A DNA stretch of 64,000 bases from Methanothrix sp. (GCA_963682135.1 OY821645.1:2080001-2144000), one strand, 5' to 3'; shown: positions 20,448 to 29,733, counted from the stretch's first letter. Program-made: numbers and translations. The notes: generated by a model from the sequence alone, not told the origin.

Positions 20448-20707
20448 GCTACATTCACCCCCGATGTTAATGCAACAAATTGTTATCCCTTTTATATTAG
20501 ATTGCGTTATCGTTTTTGTTGTACGATTATCTAACTACAGAAATACTCTGACGTTTTTATTTGATATAAATCTATCTGTTATTTGCACCAGAAAAAGCAG
20601 ATCCGCACTCAAGGTGGCACAGAGGTATCTTACCTGAAGCCGGATTTTGCATCCTGGGAGGAAAATCCTGCGCAGCATATCTAAAAAAAGTATAATTGAT
20701 CAATACA

Positions 20708-20825
20708 CACGCAGGGCAGCTAGTCAACACCAATTGAGCAGCTTGTAGAGTTGGCTGAGGGCAGTATGGACTTATCGAGAACACCGGTGCAGCAGGCAGA
20801 ACGGCTTTGCGTCTCAGCTTCAAGC
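20708..20825 (-). pseudogene. Collapsed remnant of a fifth paralog
   Basis: One minus frame reads LEAETQSRSACCTGVLDKSILPSANSTSCSIGVD*LPCV. This joins three non-adjacent pieces of the paralog (LEAE / ACCTGVL / NST..I.VDWLPCV), with TGG changed to TAG and no start codon. Confidence 0.7.
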
Positions 20826-20950
20826 GGTCAAAATTCGGCCTGAGTGAAAATGATCCGCGCGACAGGAACAATTCAAAAATAGAAATTTGTGCTCCTGGCC
20901 TTTCGAGCCCGAAGCCCAAATATCAAATGAGTTACAGTTTCTGGATCTAT

Positions 20951-21727
20951 CTACACGCAGGGCAGCCAGTCAACGCTGATTGCGCCGCATGTGGAGTTGC
21001 CCCAGAGCTGGATGAACTTCTCGATGGAGAAGACGCCAGTCAGGTCCTCGACAGATCTGCCGTACTCAGCATGGCGGCCCTTGAGCTGGTCATCAGCCTT
21101 GGGATCGCGGGAGATCCAGCCGATGTGGGCAACGCCGATGACGTTGCTGTTCAGGTTAGCCTCGAGAACACCGGTGCAGCAAGCCGGGCAGCTTCCGTCG
21201 ACGCTATTTGCGGACATGTTGCCGTAGCCTCTGGTCTTGACCTCGGTGGTCTTCTGCAGGTGCTCTGCATGGGTGTACATCTCAGTGAGTACAGCGCCGA
21301 TTCTGTAGTTCTGTACGCACAGCTTCTCTACCCACTTCTGGTCGTAGGTGCCGGTCTGGTAAGATACGGGCATGTACTCGAACTCAGCTTCCTTGGTGAA
21401 GTTGATGTAGTCCATGGGGCATGCGGTGCCGGTTGGCCAGGCACAGTTAATAACCCACTTTCCGTTAACCCAGCCGATTGGGGTGTAGTCCCTGTTGAGC
21501 TGCCTCTCGGCTTCCAGCTCAGTCCTCTCGGTGATGACGTTACCGGATCCGGACTCCTTCTCTACCAGCTTCTGGCCGTTAAAGCCAGTCTGGGTGGAAA
21601 TGATCATCTCTACGTTCTTGTATCCTACGCCCTTGACCGATGCCTTTTCGTACATGTAGTTGGCTGCACCGGCAGTGGCTACTACGGCCATGGCGATAAT
21701 AACCAAAACTGCTATTAGTTTTCTCAT
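20951..21727 (-). CDS. Secreted Cys-rich beta-strand protein, paralog B
   Basis: 258 aa from MRKLIAVL, with a GGAGGTGG SD. Nearly identical to paralog C. The upstream ORF extension to 21952 is probably leader RNA. Confidence 0.9.
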   Translation of the reverse strand: MRKLIAVLVIIAMAVVATAGAANYMYEKASVKGVGYKNVEMIISTQTGFNGQKLVEKESGSGNVITERTELEAERQLNRDYTPIGWVNGKWVINCAWPTGTACPMDYINFTKEAEFEYMPVSYQTGTYDQKWVEKLCVQNYRIGAVLTEMYTHAEHLQKTTEVKTRGYGNMSANSVDGSCPACCTGVLEANLNSNVIGVAHIGWISRDPKADDQLKGRHAEYGRSVEDLTGVFSIEKFIQLWGNSTCGAISVDWLPCV

Positions 21728-21966
21728 TTCTTTCCCACCTCCACTATATGAGGATCCAAGGCTGCTATTCAACAGCAACAAATGATCCATTAGTACATCA
21801 CTCTGATCGGATCGCAAAGTCCCTCCTCGATTACACGGGATCGTTTCATCAGAAGGATGAAACCGCTCGATTTCAGCCTTGCATTTAGCATAGGCGGAAA
21901 GTGCGTCAAATGCCACCCTATCCAGCGTGAGGCGCCCCATCCAATGATTCAATTAGATTGTATTTC

Positions 21967-22012
21967 TAAGGCACAATCCTTTTGGTTGGGTTAATAGGAT
22001 ATAAACTTATCG
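21967..22012 (-). promoter_or_regulatory. BRE/TATA and initiator region for paralog B
   Basis: Minus strand CGATAAGTTTATAT, followed about 23 nt later by TTGTGCCTTAG. The same layout occurs upstream of C and D. Confidence 0.65.
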
Positions 22013-22207
22013 AGCATGAAAAAGGCAACTTTTTTTAGAATATATGTGCACCCATTGCTTGTTTTCAACAATTGCAGGACAAGACTTCCCTTGATCCGAA
22101 AATCTCGGCCTTTAATAGTATCTATTAAATGTGATCGCATTTGAGGCAATAGCACCCAAACATCCAATATTTTAAAATCTCAAAAAGATAAATAAATACA
22201 AACTAAA

Positions 22208-22230
22208 CTCCGGGTTTTGTGAGCCCGGAG
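22208..22230 (-). terminator. Hairpin downstream of paralog C
   Basis: CTCCGGG...CCCGGAG inverted repeat followed by T-rich sequence on the minus strand. Confidence 0.65.
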
Positions 22231-22268
22231 CTTAGGCTTTTGTAGTGTTGTACTGAATTTTGGCCTAT

Positions 22269-23045
22269 CTACACGCAGGGCAGCCAGTCAACGCTGATTG
22301 CGCCGCATGTGGAGTTGCCCCAGAGCTGGATGAACTTCTCGATGGAGAAGACGCCAGTCAGGTCCTCGACAGATCTGCCGTACTCAGCATGGCGGCCCTT
22401 GAGCTGGTCATCAGCCTTGGGATCGCGGGAGATCCAGCCGATGTGGGCAACGCCGATGACGTTGCTGTTCAGGTTAGCCTCGAGAACACCGGTGCAGCAA
22501 GCCGGGCAGCTTCCGTCGACGCTATTTGTGGACATGTTGCCGTAGCCTCTGGTCTTGACCTCGGTGGTCTTCTGCAGGTGCTCTGCATGGGTGTACATCT
22601 CAGTGAGTACAGCGCCGATTCTGTAGTTCTGTACGCACAGCTTCTCTACCCACTTCTGGTCGTAGGTGCCGGTCTGGTAAGATACGGGCATGTACTCGAA
22701 CTCAGCTTCCTTGGTGAAGTTGATGTAGTCCATGGGGCATGCTCTGCCGGTTGGCCAGGCACAGTTAATAACCCACTTTCCGTTAACCCAGCCGATTGGG
22801 GTGTAGTCCCTGTTGAGCTGCCTCTCGGCTTCCAGCTCAGTCCTCTCGGTGATGACGTTACCGGATCCGGACTCCTTCTCTACCAGCTTCTGGCCGTTAA
22901 AGCCAGTCTGGGTGGAAATAATCATCTCTACGTTCTTGTATCCTACGCCCTTGACCGATGCCTTTTCGTACATGTAGTTGGCTGCACCGGCAGTGGCTAC
23001 TACGGCCATGGCGATAATAACCAAAACTGCTATTAGTTTTCTCAT
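22269..23045 (-). CDS. Secreted Cys-rich beta-strand protein, paralog C
   Basis: 258 aa with an AGGAGGG SD. Differs from B by only two residues. Confidence 0.9.
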   Translation of the reverse strand: MRKLIAVLVIIAMAVVATAGAANYMYEKASVKGVGYKNVEMIISTQTGFNGQKLVEKESGSGNVITERTELEAERQLNRDYTPIGWVNGKWVINCAWPTGRACPMDYINFTKEAEFEYMPVSYQTGTYDQKWVEKLCVQNYRIGAVLTEMYTHAEHLQKTTEVKTRGYGNMSTNSVDGSCPACCTGVLEANLNSNVIGVAHIGWISRDPKADDQLKGRHAEYGRSVEDLTGVFSIEKFIQLWGNSTCGAISVDWLPCV

Positions 23046-23221
23046 TTCGTTCCCTCCTTATTCATTAGGATCGAGAGCTGATAAAAAGCAATGATCCCTA
23101 ATGCATCACCTCGATAGGACAGCAGAGTTCATTATAGCACCTGAAAGATAATTTGTATGCTATCCAATCCAACGTGAGATGCCTGAACCCATGTATCTGA
23201 TCGGGCAATTTATAACATTTC

Positions 23222-23268
23222 TCAGGCACAAACTCTAGCAATTAGGCTAATGACATATAAATTTATCG
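23222..23268 (-). promoter_or_regulatory. BRE/TATA and initiator region for paralog C
   Basis: Minus strand CGATAAATTTATAT, followed about 24 nt later by TTGTGCCTGAG. Confidence 0.65.
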
Positions 23269-23360
23269 AGCGAGAACTGGTTTTCGACAATGCGGATAAG
23301 CCAAAAAGGCACACCGCTATTTGAATAGTATTTGACGAAAAACAGCCAAAAATATAATTT

Positions 23361-23388
23361 GGACTCCGGGCCTTTGGAGCCCGAATCC
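23361..23388 (-). terminator. Hairpin downstream of paralog D
   Basis: Imperfect inverted repeat GGACTCCGGGC...GCCCGAATCC, homologous to the hairpins after B and C. Confidence 0.55.
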
Positions 23389-23419
23389 AAGATCAATTAT
23401 GTTACAGTTCTTGATCTAT

Positions 23420-24211
23420 CTACACGCAGGGCAGCCAGTCAACGCTGATTGCGCCGCATGTGGAGTTGCCCCAGAGCTGGATGAACTTCTCGATGGAGAA
23501 GACGCCAGTCAGGTCCTCGACAGATCTGCCGTACTCAGCATGGCGGCCCTTGAGCTGGTCATCAGCGTTTGGATCGCGGGAGATCCAGCCGATGTGGGCA
23601 ACGCCGATAACGTTGCTGTTCAGGTTAGCCTCGAGAACACCGGTGCAGCAGGCTGGGCAGCTTCCATCAATAGCATCTGTGGAGCTGGTATCAAACTTGC
23701 CGTAGCCTCTGGTCTTGACCTCGGTGGTCTTCTGCAGGTGCTCAGCGTGGGTGTACATCTCAGTGAGTACAGCGCCGATTCTGTAGTTCTGTACGCACAG
23801 CTTCTCTACCCACTTCTGGTCGTAGGTGCCGGTCTGGTAAGATACGGGCATGTACTCGAACTCAGCTTCCTTGGTGAAGTTGATGTAGTCCATGGGGCAT
23901 GCTCTGCCAGTTGGCCAGGCGCAGCTGATATCGTACGTTTTAGTCTTAGCATTCCAGCCAATCGGGGTGTAGTCCCTGTTGAGCTGCCTCTCGGCTTCCA
24001 GCTCAGTCCTCTCGGTGATGACGTTGCCGGATCCGGACTCCTTCTCTACCAGCTTCTGGCCGTTAAAGCCAGTCTGGGTGGAAATGATCATCTCTACATT
24101 CTTGTATCCTACGCCCTTGACCGATGCCTTTTCGTACATATAGTTGGCTGCACCGGCCATGCCTACTACGGCCATGGCGATAATAACCAAAACAGCTATT
24201 AGTTTTCTCAT
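23420..24211 (-). CDS. Secreted Cys-rich beta-strand protein, paralog D
   Basis: 263 aa with the same framework as B/C but different loop 1 and loop 2 sequences. GGAGGTGG SD. Confidence 0.9.
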   Translation of the reverse strand: MRKLIAVLVIIAMAVVGMAGAANYMYEKASVKGVGYKNVEMIISTQTGFNGQKLVEKESGSGNVITERTELEAERQLNRDYTPIGWNAKTKTYDISCAWPTGRACPMDYINFTKEAEFEYMPVSYQTGTYDQKWVEKLCVQNYRIGAVLTEMYTHAEHLQKTTEVKTRGYGKFDTSSTDAIDGSCPACCTGVLEANLNSNVIGVAHIGWISRDPNADDQLKGRHAEYGRSVEDLTGVFSIEKFIQLWGNSTCGAISVDWLPCV

Positions 24212-24410
24212 TTCTTTCCCACCTCCTTAGATTACCATAAACGCTTCAGGATCTCAGCCATCAGTTGTGGCCCAAATCCCTGGCACCACGTTGACAAAGA
24301 TTTCCTGGCCCTTGCCCAGGGCATTGACCCGGCAAGAACCAACGTATTGGAACTCTGTCACGAGGAGTACCTGACTCACATGCTTCTCCGCTCATATTTG
24401 AGTATTTTGC

Positions 24411-24457
24411 TCAGGCACAACCCCAATCAACCAGCTTATGGAGTATAAATATTTCCG
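24411..24457 (-). promoter_or_regulatory. BRE/TATA and initiator region for paralog D
   Basis: Minus strand CGGAAATATTTATA, followed about 23 nt later by TTGTGCCTGAG. Confidence 0.6.
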
Positions 24458-24767
24458 GATTTTTGGAGAAAATCGAGATCAATCGATCCACCCAATGTGA
24501 GTTCGGAAACCATGCGCCAACTAGCATGTCCTTTTAGGCTGGCAATTGCGACCCTACAAGAAGTCGCGCCGCATTCGACCGGTTGACTTCAGACGGAAGA
24601 TGCCGCAAGTTCACAATCAGATGCTAATGCCCCAAAACCTAGGTATCCGACAAAGATCAATGCTTTGGGCCAGTTTTTTTGGCTTGGTCGGCGAGGCTTG
24701 CGATAACAAGAACACGAACCTAAGAGAAATCAAGTAGGCATCCGGAGAAAAATCGTTGACAATAGAA

Positions 24768-24842
24768 TGCTCCGGCCGGGATTTGAACCCGAGTCTTCGG
24801 CTTGAAAGGCCGAAATGATTGGCCGGGCTACACTACCGGAGC
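24768..24842 (-). tRNA. tRNA-Glu (TTC)
   Basis: Reverse complement GCTCCGG...TTCGGC-CTTTCAA-GCCGAA...GGTTCAAATCC...CCGGAGCA forms a cloverleaf. No encoded CCA. Confidence 0.95.
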
Positions 24843-24940
24843 AATTTTGCCGTCTTAAAGCCAGGCAAGCCATGCACTGGCCTTCACCTCATAGATATGA
24901 ACGAATATATCTACGTTTCCAATGGATTATAAGTTGGAAG

Positions 24941-25013
24941 TAGTCCCGGGCGGATTCGAACCGCCGTCGCGGGCTCCAAAGGCCCTCAGGATTGACCGCT
25001 ACCCCACGGGACT
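24941..25013 (-). tRNA. tRNA-Gln (TTG)
   Basis: Reverse complement AGTCCCG...GGGC-CTTTGGA-GCCC...GGTTCGAATCC...CGGGACTA forms a cloverleaf. Confidence 0.93.
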
Positions 25014-25125
25014 ATGATTTTTGTGCCATTTCTTTGTTTCTTCTTAACTGGCATCAACTGATTTTATGCCGGGCGAGTGTTATCCGCATAAGATATATAT
25101 GGCCTTTCCCGGAGGAGCAAAGAAG

Positions 25126-26118
25126 ATGAAACTTCTCACCAAGGCGCATATGAGCCAGAGAAGGCTAATTGAGATCCTGCGCGTTATCGAAAATACCAGC
25201 ATCCCGATTGGAGCCAGAGCGATCTCAGATTGCCTGAGCAGTCGTGGATATGACTTGGGAGAGAGGGCTGTGCGCTACAACCTCAAGATCCTGGACGAGC
25301 TGGGTTTCACCAAAAAGAAAGGTTACAGCGGCAGGGTGCTCACCCCTCTGGGGTCAAGGGAGCTGAACGACGCACTGGTCGACGATCGGATCGGTTTTGT
25401 TAATACCAGGATTGAAGAGTACATGTTCAAGACCAGCTTCGATCCGAAAACCAGTCAAGGTGATGTAATCGCTAATACCAGCATCATAGATAAATCAAAT
25501 GCGGAAGAGGTCTTCGAGATACTGGGGAACGCTTTTGAAGCTGGCTATTCAATAAGCCGTCGCGTGCTCATCCTGGATGAGGAAGAAAGCATCTCCAATC
25601 TTGAGATTCCAAAAGGAGCTTTGGGAATAGCAACCCTGTGCAGCATCACTCTGGACGGCATGCTCATGAAAAGGGGGATTCCAGTCCTCACCAGCTTCGC
25701 GGGGCTGGCAGAAGTCACCGAAAGACGAACCGTTGATTTCACAGACCTCATTGCCTATGCCGGATCGTCCCTTGATCCCATTAAGGTTTTTATGGGGCGC
25801 AGGGTGACGAGAGTTGCTGATGCCATCTTCAAGGGTAACGGAACCGTACTGGCCAACGTGAGAGAGGTGCCCGTCGCGGCGGCAACGCTTGTACGCGCGC
25901 TTTTGGATGATGCTCGAAACGCGGGCCTGTGTGGGCTCATAAGAATTGGTGAGCCGTCCGAGCCCGTGCTGGGCTGCCCTGTGGGCTCAGGTAAGATCGG
26001 CATAGCATTTTATGCGGGAGTCAATGGGGTGGTGGCGGCAGAGGAGACGGGAATAAAGATTAAGACGGCGCCCATATCCATTCTGATCGATTACGCCAAG
26101 ACCCATGAGCTGAAATGA
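25126..26118 (+). CDS. nrpR: NrpR-family regulator (wHTH + one NRD/DUF128 domain)
   Basis: IEILR.I, IGARAIS, GERAVRY.LK.LDE.G.T.K.GY.GR.LT, IATLCSITLDG and I.Y.GSSLDP motifs. Start is approximate. Confidence 0.8.
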   Translation: MKLLTKAHMSQRRLIEILRVIENTSIPIGARAISDCLSSRGYDLGERAVRYNLKILDELGFTKKKGYSGRVLTPLGSRELNDALVDDRIGFVNTRIEEYMFKTSFDPKTSQGDVIANTSIIDKSNAEEVFEILGNAFEAGYSISRRVLILDEEESISNLEIPKGALGIATLCSITLDGMLMKRGIPVLTSFAGLAEVTERRTVDFTDLIAYAGSSLDPIKVFMGRRVTRVADAIFKGNGTVLANVREVPVAAATLVRALLDDARNAGLCGLIRIGEPSEPVLGCPVGSGKIGIAFYAGVNGVVAAEETGIKIKTAPISILIDYAKTHELK

Positions 26119-26201
26119 TTGAGTGCGCCGGTCAAGATAAGGTTTTATAGAGCATCAATCTGTAGAGACACAGTTACGTTTGCATTTGATGAGGAAGAAA
26201 G

Positions 26202-26600
26202 ATGGATTTTAGAGTAGTAGTCTCAGATCCGAAGAGCGGTAAAGCCTATCAGGTAGAGCTTAAGGATCCAGGAGCAGGCAAGCTTCTGGGAAAACATATC
26301 GGCGACAAGGTTGAAGGTGATGTTCTCGGCATGCCCGGTTACTCAGTACAGGTTACGGGCGGCAGCGATCGCGAGGGATTTCCCATGCGCGCAGATCTGC
26401 CCGGCACAAAGCGCAGAAAGATCCTGCTCTCCAAGGGAACCGGATATCATCCCGCAGCCGATGGAAAGAAGAAGAGAATGAGCATTCATGGAAGAGATAT
26501 TTCTCCAGATGTCGGCCAGATAAATGTCAAGGTTGTTGAGGCCGGCGCCAAGTCTATAGAAGAGTTGCTGGGCAAGGCACCCAAAGAAGAAAAAGCATAA
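26202..26600 (+). CDS. rps6e: 30S ribosomal protein S6e
   Basis: VVVSDPK.GKAYQ, GY...VTGGSDREGFPMR.D and QINVKV motifs. Confidence 0.97.
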   Translation: MDFRVVVSDPKSGKAYQVELKDPGAGKLLGKHIGDKVEGDVLGMPGYSVQVTGGSDREGFPMRADLPGTKRRKILLSKGTGYHPAADGKKKRMSIHGRDISPDVGQINVKVVEAGAKSIEELLGKAPKEEKA

Positions 26601-26683
26601 TTTAGAGAATTCGGCGGGATGGCTGGTCCATCCTTCCGCGATTATTCATTTTATTGTATGAATTGTTTTTATTATAGTCGCTA

Positions 26684-27853
26684 TTAATCCTTAGAGTCCG
26701 ATCCGCCCAAAACCCAGGCGCTTGACGCGAGCGGCACGGGGATCTGAGCGCGCATTACCGATTTCATCTGCGCGGGACTGAGGGCGGCAAAGAGAGCATT
26801 CATGAGCCGGTCGCTCTTCATGGCCAGATCCACCATTTTCCTTATCTTAACCGATCGCGAAAGCTGTATTCCGAACTCTTCGCGAATGCGCGACGCATAG
26901 TTGGTGAGAGCCATTTCGCCCCGCAACTGACCTATTGCCACTTCTCCTGCGACTCTTCCCGCCACCACGGCCAATGGTATGCCTCCCCCGCTGGTAGCCA
27001 TGACGTGTCCGGCGGCGTCTCCTGCCAAGAGCATATTGCCTTTTTGGATAACACCAGAGGTCCCGCCCGAGGGAACCAAACCTCTCATGACGGCCAGAAC
27101 CTCGCCGCCTGCCAGTTTTTCTGCCGCGATAGGGTGCTCGCGAATGAACCGGCCCAGTATGATGGAAAGCTTTTGGCCGGCCATGTAAGACGCTCGCACC
27201 CCCACGCCCACATTGGCCCTGTCCTGACCGAGGGGAATTATCCAGGCATATCCTCCCGGAGCATAGTGAGCTGAGAAGTACATCTCCGCCGCATTTGCAT
27301 CGATATTCACATCAATCATCTCATATTCCAGGCAGATGCCAGTCTCTTGTATCGGATTTCCCATGGCCCGGGAGACGATCGAGTGCGGGCCGTCTGCGCC
27401 TATTATTATCTGTGGCCTGATCTTCCCGTTGAAGTGGCCGGAAAGCAGCACCATGCCTTCCTCAAGGCGGGCCCGGGTCGCGGGCAATACGCTTGCTCCG
27501 GCGCTCGCAGCACGGGCTGCAAGGTAGCGATCGTATGCCCGCCGGTCCAAGACCCGACCGGCCACAGCAAACTGCTTGCAGTCACATGATGGTGAATAGA
27601 TGCGCTGCAATTGGGTGCGATGCAAAATGTAACGCTCTGGAATCTCCCTTAGCGCCTCAGGCAGATGGGCGCGGGGCATTAGCTTCTCCAGCTCGAATGC
27701 TTCCGGGAGAAAACCGCCGCATTGCACGGGGCTGCCAATCTCGCTCTTCTTATCAACCAGCAAGACTTCCATGCCCGAAGCTGCGATCGCCTGCGCGGCT
27801 GTGCTGCCCGCCGGCCCTGCCCCTACCACTGCCACCATAATATCTTCATTCAT
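26684..27853 (-). CDS. Geranylgeranyl reductase family FAD oxidoreductase
   Basis: VVGAGPAGS, PVQCGG, IIGADG, GYAWIIP and LAGDAAG...GGGI motifs. Confidence 0.92.
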   Translation of the reverse strand: MNEDIMVAVVGAGPAGSTAAQAIAASGMEVLLVDKKSEIGSPVQCGGFLPEAFELEKLMPRAHLPEALREIPERYILHRTQLQRIYSPSCDCKQFAVAGRVLDRRAYDRYLAARAASAGASVLPATRARLEEGMVLLSGHFNGKIRPQIIIGADGPHSIVSRAMGNPIQETGICLEYEMIDVNIDANAAEMYFSAHYAPGGYAWIIPLGQDRANVGVGVRASYMAGQKLSIILGRFIREHPIAAEKLAGGEVLAVMRGLVPSGGTSGVIQKGNMLLAGDAAGHVMATSGGGIPLAVVAGRVAGEVAIGQLRGEMALTNYASRIREEFGIQLSRSVKIRKMVDLAMKSDRLMNALFAALSPAQMKSVMRAQIPVPLASSAWVLGGSDSKD

Positions 27854-29733
27854 CTTGCCTTCATGCCCAAATCTGCCAGCGTTTCTTCTATCTCTTCATA
27901 AGCCAGGAAGAGTTCGTCCTTCAGCCTCTCTGTCTGCTCGCGCCTCGGCTCTGCGGACAGCCAGATATGGCTCTTATCACCGCGCACCATCTTGACGCAA
28001 GCCAGCATATCCGCCTGGGTGAGACGGTAGACTATGTGGCTTCCCGTAGGCGTAAACCAGACAGGATACTTCTGCATGATCTTGACCACAAAGCGCTCCC
28101 ACGGTAGCTCCCCCTCTCCCACATCTTTGGCGGCAGCATGGCTGACGGCCAAGTTGAGGTGAGATCGTTCTCCGGCGATCTTCTCATCTACGAGTGAGAT
28201 GACATCCAGGTAGCGCCTGCTCTTTCTGTCGGCTCGGGGTAGATCGCGACTGAAGACCTTCTCTGCAATCTCAGGAAAGAAGGCTGCTAAATGAATGTCA
28301 GGTTCCGGCTTTGTGGCCAATGAGACGCCGACAAAGAATAGAGCGCTCAAGGTCAGGCCTACCAGAACACCATGCTCGGTCAGATAAGGTGAGATGCTGT
28401 CCAGCGGCTGTTTCAGCCAGAATTGCTCATAGGTGATGAGAAGAATCTGTGTTCCGCCACCTGCTATGAGCGCTGCCATGGCCCCCCACCGGTTGGCGCG
28501 CTTCCAATACAGTCCACCGATGATGGGAAAGAAGTAGGACGTTGTGCCGATCACCGTGGCTATGATCACTGCATCGACAATGCTGTTAGCATTCAATGCA
28601 ATGGCCGCCGAGATGGAAATCATGACGATAACCAGAATTCGGTTGATGACCAGCATCTCCTTCATAGTGGCAGCAGGCCGCAAGTGCCTCTGGACCAGGT
28701 CGCGAGAGATACAGGAAGCTGCCGATGTGGCAAAGGTGTCGGTGCAGGACATTGATGCGGCAGCAAAGCCAATGGTAAGAAGGGCCAGAAGCCATCCAGG
28801 AACGTTATCGCTGATGAGCTTGAGATAGAGCATCTCCGCCTCAACCTCTCCCGTCGGCGGTGGATAAAGCACGGAAAGGCCGATGGCTGTAAGAAAGCAG
28901 CAGAGGTAGACCAGGGCCAGCAAAACGCTGCCCAGCATCAAGCCGCGCCGCGCGGAAGCGGCATCGCGCGCCGCCCAGATCTTCTGCCATGGGTCCTGTT
29001 CTGCCACCCAACCGGGCAAGAGGGCCACCAAAAAGACCAGGGCCCCCATCAGACCCCCCAGAAGGAGCGGATCCCACCATTCTGCGCCCAGAGCGGACGC
29101 CGCGACCTGCAAGCTCACGCCTTTGATAGCGGTTAGATCCAGAGCCAATGCGGCCACGTAAACTGCCAGGCCTGCCAGAAGAAGATACTGAACCACATCT
29201 GTCCAGACCACGGCACGAAAGCCGCCCACGCTGACATAAAGAGCAACGGAAACGGCCATGATGGCAACGGCATAGAAAGGATCGATGCCGAAAAATGTGC
29301 CCAGCACCAGCTTGAATCCAATGAAATCCGTCACTGAAAAGAGTATCATCATGATAGTGACCGCCAGGGCCACCGGGGCTCTGATCATGGGATCATATCT
29401 AATCTCCATAAGCTCGGGCTGGGTTAAGGCAGGAATGTTCTTGATCCTCCCCGAGATAGCGGCAATTATTATCAGTCCGGCGATATTGGGGAAGACCCAG
29501 ATCCAAATCGAACCTACGCCTATGAGCAGAAATAGTCCTGTGGCCAAGAGCAGTGCACTCGCCGTGATCCACGCGGATGCTGCGGAAAATCCGATGGTAA
29601 TAGGCCCCAGCTCCCTTCCCGCCAGCCAGAAGTCGGTTACAGACTTTTGTCGCCGGGAAAAATATAGACCGATGCCCAGTAAGACCGCAACGTAGATGAC
29701 GAGAAATATCAGGAATAACGAATAAGCATCCAA
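27850..29733 (-). CDS. Sodium:solute symporter family protein with a C-terminal soluble domain
   Basis: DFWLAGR.LG, GGFRAVVWTD.VQ, QD.WQKIWAA and AASMS..D motifs; about 13 TM segments. TTG start after a GAGGTGG SD. Confidence 0.9.
   Translation of the reverse strand: MDAYSLFLIFLVIYVAVLLGIGLYFSRRQKSVTDFWLAGRELGPITIGFSAASAWITASALLLATGLFLLIGVGSIWIWVFPNIAGLIIIAAISGRIKNIPALTQPELMEIRYDPMIRAPVALAVTIMMILFSVTDFIGFKLVLGTFFGIDPFYAVAIMAVSVALYVSVGGFRAVVWTDVVQYLLLAGLAVYVAALALDLTAIKGVSLQVAASALGAEWWDPLLLGGLMGALVFLVALLPGWVAEQDPWQKIWAARDAASARRGLMLGSVLLALVYLCCFLTAIGLSVLYPPPTGEVEAEMLYLKLISDNVPGWLLALLTIGFAAASMSCTDTFATSAASCISRDLVQRHLRPAATMKEMLVINRILVIVMISISAAIALNANSIVDAVIIATVIGTTSYFFPIIGGLYWKRANRWGAMAALIAGGGTQILLITYEQFWLKQPLDSISPYLTEHGVLVGLTLSALFFVGVSLATKPEPDIHLAAFFPEIAEKVFSRDLPRADRKSRRYLDVISLVDEKIAGERSHLNLAVSHAAAKDVGEGELPWERFVVKIMQKYPVWFTPTGSHIVYRLTQADMLACVKMVRGDKSHIWLSAEPRREQTERLKDELFLAYEEIEETLADLGMKAR

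Noticed and set aside
20721-20723. In-frame TAG in the remnant as pyrrolysine readthrough
   Set aside because: It replaces a TGG codon in a fragment with no start codon and large deletions, so simple decay is more parsimonious.
21728-21952. 75-aa N-terminal extension of paralog B in the ORF track
   Set aside because: Paralogs C and D start at MRKLIAV with an SD, and the extension covers the conserved structured leader.
20807-24202. Long plus-strand ORFs 20807-21718, 22260-23036 and 23399-24202
   Set aside because: They are antisense shadows of the strongly codon-biased paralog genes. Signal peptides, SD sites and promoters are all on the minus strand.
17526-24211. Diversity-generating retroelement (TR/VR) explanation for the variable loops
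   Set aside because: There is no reverse transcriptase in the window. The differences include indels, are not adenine-specific and are not C-terminal.
24546-24737. 63-aa plus-strand ORF near tRNA-Glu
   Set aside because: It has a TTG start with no SD or recognisable features and is likely spurious.
24768-25013. tRNA genes as an integration site for the paralog cluster
   Set aside because: No integrase was seen, and no duplicated tRNA 3' end (att site) was found on the other side of the cluster.
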